Source: a virus. Taken from it: 64,000 nucleotides of DNA. Numbering within the stretch: position 1 is the stretch's first letter; each line of letters opens with the position of its first letter. The notes below the pieces were generated by a model. The model did not search any database. It saw only the letters and a program-made list of their open reading frames with translations, and was not told where the DNA came from. Below, piece after piece: positions 58,193-64,000 of this stretch. The DNA lies in IMG/VR virus record IMGVR_UViG_3300045256_000294, positions 32,001 to 96,000 of that record. The stretch is one strand, 5' to 3'. Both the position numbers and the translations under genes were made by a program.

Positions 58193-60103
58193 ATGCTTGA
58201 GATCGAGAAAGTAGCCTGGAAGAACTTCCTCTCATATGGGGATTATACCACTACACTCGAAGTCTCAAAGCTTGGCCAGTGTCTCATCACTGGCGAAGTC
58301 GAGGACGAGGAAGAGAAGGAAGCCTATAACGAGGGCTTGGGTAGTACTATCCGCAAGTCCAACGGTGCCGGCAAGACTACCATCATCAGTGCGATGCAAT
58401 GGATCCTGTTTGGCCGTACCTCGCACTCCCACGCCCCCGGCGATCAGGTCGTCAACTACTTCATCGGTAAAGACTGCTGGGGCCAAATCACCTTCAAAAA
58501 CGGCGACTCCATCACCCGTACCCGCAACTATGAAGGACACAACGAACTCATCTATGTTCGGGACGGCGACGAAACCCGGCTGAACTGCGACACCCTTGGC
58601 ACGTCCAAGATTCAGCAGGGCCAACTAGCCAAAGCATTCGGCCTAGATTGGGAGATCTTCTGCGGGTCCGCCTTCTTCAGCCAGTACAGCAAGCCATGGA
58701 TGGAGATGGCGGATCAGGCTCGGAAGAAAGCCTTGGAACGGCTTCTGCACGTAGACCGCTTCGCCTACTACGCTGACGTCGCCAAGAAGAAGTCTGAGAA
58801 ACTCGACACCGCGGTCCAGCGGCTCAACGGGCAGAAGTCCAATCTTGAGCGAGAGATCGAGCGTCTGGAAGCCGAAATCGGCCGTCTTGAAGAAGCGTCA
58901 GCCACCTTTGGCACCAAACAGCAAGCCCGTAGCCAGCAGGCCCTAGAAGCCGCTGCTCACGAGGACGACAAGAAGGCCCAGATCAAACTCCCGGACCTCG
59001 ACAAGCTCAAGGCCAAATGGGAAGTCGTCGCCAAAATCGAAGCGAAGATCCGTGAGCAGCAGACCCAAGCCGCCACTTATCGCGATCAGGCCGATGACAT
59101 TAATGACGAGGCCAACCGGCTGGACGGGCAGATCTCACGGCACGAGTCCAACGCTGCCGCCATCGAGCAGAAAGTGAAACTGTGGCACGATCGCGGCGGA
59201 AAAGTCTGTACTTCTTGCGAACAACCGATCACCCACGAGCATATCGGCAACAAAATCGAACCTCTGGTTGCCCAGGCTACCAGTGAACGGGAGAAAGCGG
59301 AGACACTACGCAAGCAGCAAGAGGAAATCAGAGCACGGGCAGTGGTGGCTCGCGAAAAGTACAAGAAGGCTCTCGCAAATGTCAAGCAGGCCGAGGACCT
59401 CCTGGCCTCCAAGAAACCCACCATGACCCTACAGGACGCCGAGAGCATCTATGACCGATACAAACAACATGAACGAGAGGCCGGGCGGCTCCGCAAGCTT
59501 GCCGAAACGATCCTCACCGAGGAGAACCCCCACCAGACTAGCATCGCCATCGCCAAGGAACGGATCGAACAGTGCCACGCTGAGATCGCGTCCCTGGACG
59601 GTGACATTGCTCGCCAGGAACTCCTCAACAAGCACTTCTACTACATCTATAAGGCGTACAGCGACCGGGCCAAAATCAAGAGTTTCGTGTTTCGCGACCA
59701 TGTGCCGTTCATTAATGCTAGGCTACGCCACTACCTGGACGTGTTCGGGCTGGACATCAAGCTAGAACTGACCGAATCTCTGGGGATCAAGAGTAACCTA
59801 TGGGGTTACGAGTTTGAGAGCGGCGGCGAGAGGAAGCGGACCGACGTGGCCTTCATGTTGGCTACTTTCGACTTCCACGAGCACATGTTCGGCCGGCAGT
59901 GCAATGTACTGGTGATGGATGAAGTTGATGGGCGGTTGGATGATGACGGGATCGAATCGCTCATTAACATCATCAAGAACGACCTTGCCAACCGTGTCGA
60001 ATCTATACTCATTATCTCGCACCGGGAAAATATGAAAGATACGTTCCCGCGGGAGATCAAGGTCCGCCGCAAAAACCGATTCAGCCGGCTAGAGGTCATA
60101 TGA
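58193..60103 (+). CDS. SbcC/Rad50/T4 gp46-like ATPase
   Basis: NFLSYG, NGAGKT, coiled coil with CTSC hook, SGGE, MDE, ISH. Confidence 0.92.
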   Translation: MLEIEKVAWKNFLSYGDYTTTLEVSKLGQCLITGEVEDEEEKEAYNEGLGSTIRKSNGAGKTTIISAMQWILFGRTSHSHAPGDQVVNYFIGKDCWGQITFKNGDSITRTRNYEGHNELIYVRDGDETRLNCDTLGTSKIQQGQLAKAFGLDWEIFCGSAFFSQYSKPWMEMADQARKKALERLLHVDRFAYYADVAKKKSEKLDTAVQRLNGQKSNLEREIERLEAEIGRLEEASATFGTKQQARSQQALEAAAHEDDKKAQIKLPDLDKLKAKWEVVAKIEAKIREQQTQAATYRDQADDINDEANRLDGQISRHESNAAAIEQKVKLWHDRGGKVCTSCEQPITHEHIGNKIEPLVAQATSEREKAETLRKQQEEIRARAVVAREKYKKALANVKQAEDLLASKKPTMTLQDAESIYDRYKQHEREAGRLRKLAETILTEENPHQTSIAIAKERIEQCHAEIASLDGDIARQELLNKHFYYIYKAYSDRAKIKSFVFRDHVPFINARLRHYLDVFGLDIKLELTESLGIKSNLWGYEFESGGERKRTDVAFMLATFDFHEHMFGRQCNVLVMDEVDGRLDDDGIESLINIIKNDLANRVESILIISHRENMKDTFPREIKVRRKNRFSRLEVI

Positions 60104-60645
60104 GCCAGATGCCGTACAACACTCGCGTGGAACCGGTCGAGGTCTACCTGGAGAATATTCCAGGGTTCAACTCGATTAAGTTCCACAAAGTACCCGGTCC
60201 GGTTTTCCTCGACCACGCCATCAAGAGCCACGCGGTTCGCACTCACCGTTACACCCTGACCGAGATGGAGGAGGCTCTGCGGAAGGCTACCGGTCGAGTC
60301 TACGTATACAAGTGCATGCGGACCTACGAAGATGTCCAAGAGGACAAGTACACACTGATGTGGTTGGCAGTAGAAGTGCCACCAGCCCAACTGTTCAGCC
60401 ATTTCGATATCGCAGCTGGGGTAGTTATTGACTCCGGCACCATGAAGCCTATGCTCAAGGCTGATTTCCTCCTGAATATCGAGGACTACAAGTCGCTGGC
60501 TAGCTCCTGGGGCATGGATGAGTTGGCCAAGCAGCTTGGCGAATTTATCATCAAAGCGATCGCCACCCGCGACTACGACGGGAAGCCAGAGCTACCCAAT
60601 GAGTGTCCTAATTCTGTCGATTCACATCCCACACCGGCACAGTGA
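60100..60645 (+). CDS. hypothetical protein
   Basis: 181-aa ORF with ATGA overlap. Confidence 0.65.
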   Translation: MSQMPYNTRVEPVEVYLENIPGFNSIKFHKVPGPVFLDHAIKSHAVRTHRYTLTEMEEALRKATGRVYVYKCMRTYEDVQEDKYTLMWLAVEVPPAQLFSHFDIAAGVVIDSGTMKPMLKADFLLNIEDYKSLASSWGMDELAKQLGEFIIKAIATRDYDGKPELPNECPNSVDSHPTPAQ

Positions 60646-61348
60646 CTACTGGCGGAAGCTTCAGCCCTTATTCGTGTCCGAGAGTGCCGGTGATTATGAG
60701 TACGGGGTTATCGTCAATGGTGGCGACCCCAAGCTCTATCCAAACTCTGTCTTGCATATTCCGACTAAGGTGTCGCACTCCCAGGGTGTTAAGCACGTCC
60801 TGGATATCTTCCGAGCTCATCGGCACCGGTTCACCCATTTCCTGCTGTTAGACAGTGATTGTTGGCCGGTCCGTCCGGATTGGATCGATGTGCTGAACAA
60901 CCTGATGGGTGACAAGTACCTGTACGCGGCCCCGATACGGGTAGAGAACTTCGACACCTTTCCACATCCATCCGCCTTTTATATGAAGGCCGAGTTCCTG
61001 GATCAGGTGAACTTCGGTTTCGACAGGACCGCGAATCTGCTTGGGGTAGGGGTGTCGGATGTGGCGGCGGCGATGCCGCAGTACCTGAACGACCAGCAGA
61101 TCTGGTATCCGCTCATTAAGACGAACTACTTGTCGCCTCATCCGCTCTACGCCACTGTCTACGGTGACCTATTCTATCACCATTGCGCGGGGTCGCGGGG
61201 GCTGGGCTTCCGTGCGAACAGCTTCGGTTTTTACGGGCACATCTTCACCAAGAAGACCCATCGAATTATTTATAACCAAGTAACAGCCCATCTACTCCAA
61301 AATCCGCGGGGCTTTGTGGATGATCTTCGCGGCATACGTCTCCGTTAA
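60599..61348 (+). CDS. GT-A fold glycosyltransferase-like protein
   Basis: H..G, LLLDSDCWP (DxD), PHPS, YHH..GSR. Confidence 0.65.
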   Translation: MSVLILSIHIPHRHSDYWRKLQPLFVSESAGDYEYGVIVNGGDPKLYPNSVLHIPTKVSHSQGVKHVLDIFRAHRHRFTHFLLLDSDCWPVRPDWIDVLNNLMGDKYLYAAPIRVENFDTFPHPSAFYMKAEFLDQVNFGFDRTANLLGVGVSDVAAAMPQYLNDQQIWYPLIKTNYLSPHPLYATVYGDLFYHHCAGSRGLGFRANSFGFYGHIFTKKTHRIIYNQVTAHLLQNPRGFVDDLRGIRLR

Positions 61349-61370
61349 ATCTAGACAGGAGAACATCTAT

Positions 61371-61632
61371 ATGGTTGACAAAGTTTGTTCCGCGTGTCTG
61401 GTACCGAAGGCTCTAACCGAATCCCATCGCTTGTTGTGAAGCGTCTCAGTACGAATTTCTGTCGATAGACAATACCGATGGCGGGGGGTATGACCATCGT
61501 CGTAAGATCGGGGGCGGTGGGCGAATATACAGTTGGCTGATTTCGAACGATTTTCATAACGGCTTCAGAACACTGTGCCACAACTGTAATATGGCGTGCG
61601 GACTGTACGGTCACTGCCCGTATGATTCCTAA
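61371..61632 (+). pseudogene. internally deleted HNH endonuclease
   Basis: KVCSAC then, in another frame, EFLSID...HRRK...FRTLCHNCN...GHCP; resembles 4568-4837. Confidence 0.65.
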
Positions 61633-61670
61633 AGCCGATCAACCGGGCTGGCGACCTCTGGGGGTAAACC

Positions 61671-62270
61671 ATGCGGCCACCACGTAAGTCTAAGCTGGAT
61701 ACCTTCTTCAAGGGTCCCGCTATCGACTCCTACACGATCGACCGGATCAAGCACGTCTCGAACACCGAGGTCGTCCGGCGTCTGCTCATCAAGTATTTCA
61801 TGGACAAGGGGTTCACAGAGTCTTTCGACCGCCAGATGTACCCGGCTCTGATCCAAGACCTTCCGAACGTGATCCCGGTCCTGTCGCCAAAGCTGGAGAT
61901 TGTGCCGCACGCGAACGAAATCGACACATCACAGGGCCGGGCCGTCCTTGGCTGGAACCTGTTCGTGCTTGGCAACCAGCGGATGTACCTGGGCGAGACA
62001 TACCACAACTCTCTACATGATCTAGCTCGCCAGATCCGCACGGGTGTGATCCGCGTCCCTGAGTCTGGCTTCCACACGGCCCGTCGGCAGACGACGCCAC
62101 GGCGGGTCATCTCGTTCATCACGCGGGTACTCGGAACGCACGAGGCGGGCTACGTGGACCTGAACCCCGGCACGCGGCCTATCCGGGCTCCAGGCGAACC
62201 GTACGCTGCCAAGCAGACGCTGGCGGGTATGCCGCAGCAGTTCTTCAGCCGCAGCGGTTTTGGGACCTAG
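61671..62270 (+). CDS. hypothetical protein
   Basis: 199-aa ORF with GC-rich third codon positions like the core genes. Confidence 0.75.
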   Translation: MRPPRKSKLDTFFKGPAIDSYTIDRIKHVSNTEVVRRLLIKYFMDKGFTESFDRQMYPALIQDLPNVIPVLSPKLEIVPHANEIDTSQGRAVLGWNLFVLGNQRMYLGETYHNSLHDLARQIRTGVIRVPESGFHTARRQTTPRRVISFITRVLGTHEAGYVDLNPGTRPIRAPGEPYAAKQTLAGMPQQFFSRSGFGT

Positions 62271-62399
62271 AATTGGCAAGAGAATCATATCGTGCTGGTG
62301 AACCTCGCTAAAGGGAAGTTCTCAAACGACGAAATCCGGACCGTTCTGACGAGATTTGCCATCCACCATTGCTACGGAACGTAAGGGTGTTGTTGTGAT

Positions 62400-62765
62400 A
62401 TGCAGACTAGAACGATCCTGGCGATCATCGCCAATGAACTCAGCGAACTTGGGTTTGATGTCGCTTCCAGATTAGACGGATATGGAGGGCGAGAGTTTTC
62501 GTGCTAGTTGGTAGTAATCCGTATTTTTACAAACGCCATATGTCAGATCCAGCTGGCCTAGATGAACTAATCAGACGCCTCTCGCTGCCGAGATGAACGT
62601 CATGGGCTAGCCATCCACCTGGAAAGAGCAAGATTTATAATGACCGACAGGCTCGCCACAGCAGGGGGTGATTACTGGACTTTTGAACTGGCCGACCTGG
62701 ATTGTATTGAGAAGGTCGTCGGTCTGTTCAAGAGGATGTTCCCCCTACCACAAGTGAGGAAATGA
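62400..62765 (+). pseudogene. two decayed LADP-family ORFs
   Basis: MQTRTILAIIANELSELGF then frameshift to HMSDPAGLDEL; and MTDR...WTFELADLDCIEKV. Confidence 0.45.
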
Positions 62766-63562
62766 TGGCAACTACCCGGCTACTGTCGGCAGAGGACATT
62801 TACGACGTCTACGGTCTTGAATGGGTGCTCAAAGCCCGCCAGGGGCAGGACCTGGACGCGGAAGATCGCTCCATGATCTCGTTCCGTCTACAGGAAATCC
62901 GCAACATCTACGTTGCCGCCTGCAAGTCTCGTATCCGGGCTGAAGCACGGTTCCTGGGGATCGACCTGGAAGGCGACACCTTCTCGTTCGAGTACGTCCT
63001 CAAGGAAATCAAGAACAACATCGGCAAGGCGATGGAGCAGAACGCCGAGAAGATGATGCGGGGTGGCGGCTTCAACCTGATGGGCCACATCCTGAACGCC
63101 CACAAAGCGGCCGGTGCCGACCTGACCGGTATCGACACGGCCCGTTTCGGGGTGGGGGCGGCAACTGCCCCGCCGCCTAAGAAGGACGTGGACCCGAACT
63201 GGTTCATGGACACCAAGAAGCACGGCGGGCGGGTGTGGGAAGACCCGCGATGGGCGGAAATCGCCAAGGCGTTCGTGGCGATCGAGGAAGCCCACGGAGA
63301 CGACGAGATCATCCGGTCGATCGACCGCATCAACCAACTGCAACACAACTCCTTCCATGTCCTGATCGACCTGCAGACCGGACGGATGCTGACCGACTAC
63401 ACCAACCAGACCGACGACCGCGAGGCCCGAAAGCGTCTCCAGGAGGTCCTCAACATGAAACTGGAAGCCACCAGTGTCGAGGACTTCAAGGACCGCATGT
63501 CCGCCGATGTCCGGAAACTCCTGCGCAAGTACCGCGGCTCAACCACACGGGTGGCGAAGTGA
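62762..63562 (+). CDS. hypothetical protein
   Basis: 266-aa ORF with strong GC3 bias. Confidence 0.8.
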   Translation: MMATTRLLSAEDIYDVYGLEWVLKARQGQDLDAEDRSMISFRLQEIRNIYVAACKSRIRAEARFLGIDLEGDTFSFEYVLKEIKNNIGKAMEQNAEKMMRGGGFNLMGHILNAHKAAGADLTGIDTARFGVGAATAPPPKKDVDPNWFMDTKKHGGRVWEDPRWAEIAKAFVAIEEAHGDDEIIRSIDRINQLQHNSFHVLIDLQTGRMLTDYTNQTDDREARKRLQEVLNMKLEATSVEDFKDRMSADVRKLLRKYRGSTTRVAK

Positions 63563-63848
63563 CAGACGCAGTGAAAAAGGTTCTCGACAAGAACTACGCC
63601 AAGTGGAAAGTGTCACCTGGGGGTGTGGTAGTGGTCCTATCCCACCCCTGGTCGTACACCAACACCAGAATCCACGTCAATTGTGACGCTTTCGCAAGGT
63701 CCAGAGTGACGAGATTCTTCTGTTCCCACCAGATTATCCGGACGACCCTGAGTTGATTCGTATCAGCGATCTAGCTGACTCAAAGCTATACCACAAGGTC
63801 CTTGGTTATTTCAAGAAGCCACCAACATCTGTACTCACACTCCATTTA
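63559..63848 (+). pseudogene. frameshifted LADP-family-like ORF
   Basis: Starts VTDAVKKVL; a shifted frame gives ISDLADSKLYHKV. Confidence 0.35.
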
Positions 63849-64000
63849 ATATTCGTCAGGATCAAACATTTCAAGGTACTTAACGAGCACGCCCGCCATC
63901 AACAGGGGCTCAACATGCCTAATTGGAATCTCTCGGCGACAATCGCTTTCAGGAGTGGCCAGTGGACCTCGATTGAACTGGTCAAGGACGAACTTGGCTT

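Noticed and set aside
1-64000. tRNA, rRNA or tmRNA genes
   Set aside because: No cloverleaf with T-loop and acceptor stem was recognised in the intergenic gaps by eye; tRNAscan-SE or ARAGORN would settle this.

Overview
This window reads as part of a large T4-like (jumbo) dsDNA phage genome. It is a replication/recombination region mixed with glycan-modification and auxiliary metabolic genes. Recognisable genes: gp32-like SSB, UvsY-like protein, FEN/RNase H-type 5' exonuclease, a divergent family-A polymerase, GroES, gp41/DnaB helicase, intein-containing RecA, gp46/gp47 (SbcCD), an intein-containing DinG-type helicase, KdsB, FolD, a sulfotransferase and an actin-fold ATPase. DnaE is encoded in three pieces, with two cis inteins and one split intein that flanks a free-standing endonuclease. 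The most striking unexplained features are: (1) an ~830-nt ORF-free region (~46040-46870) dense in long-range, often crossing helices whose G-U pairs point to the + strand, a candidate large ncRNA; (2) two tandem paralogues, each ending in a different major-capsid-like peptide; (3) a dispersed, often decayed small-protein family with a '(D/E)LADP' motif; (4) a ppGalNAc-T (GT27)-like pseudo-enzyme. All calls come from reading motifs by eye. No database searches or folding programs were run, and the host is not determined.
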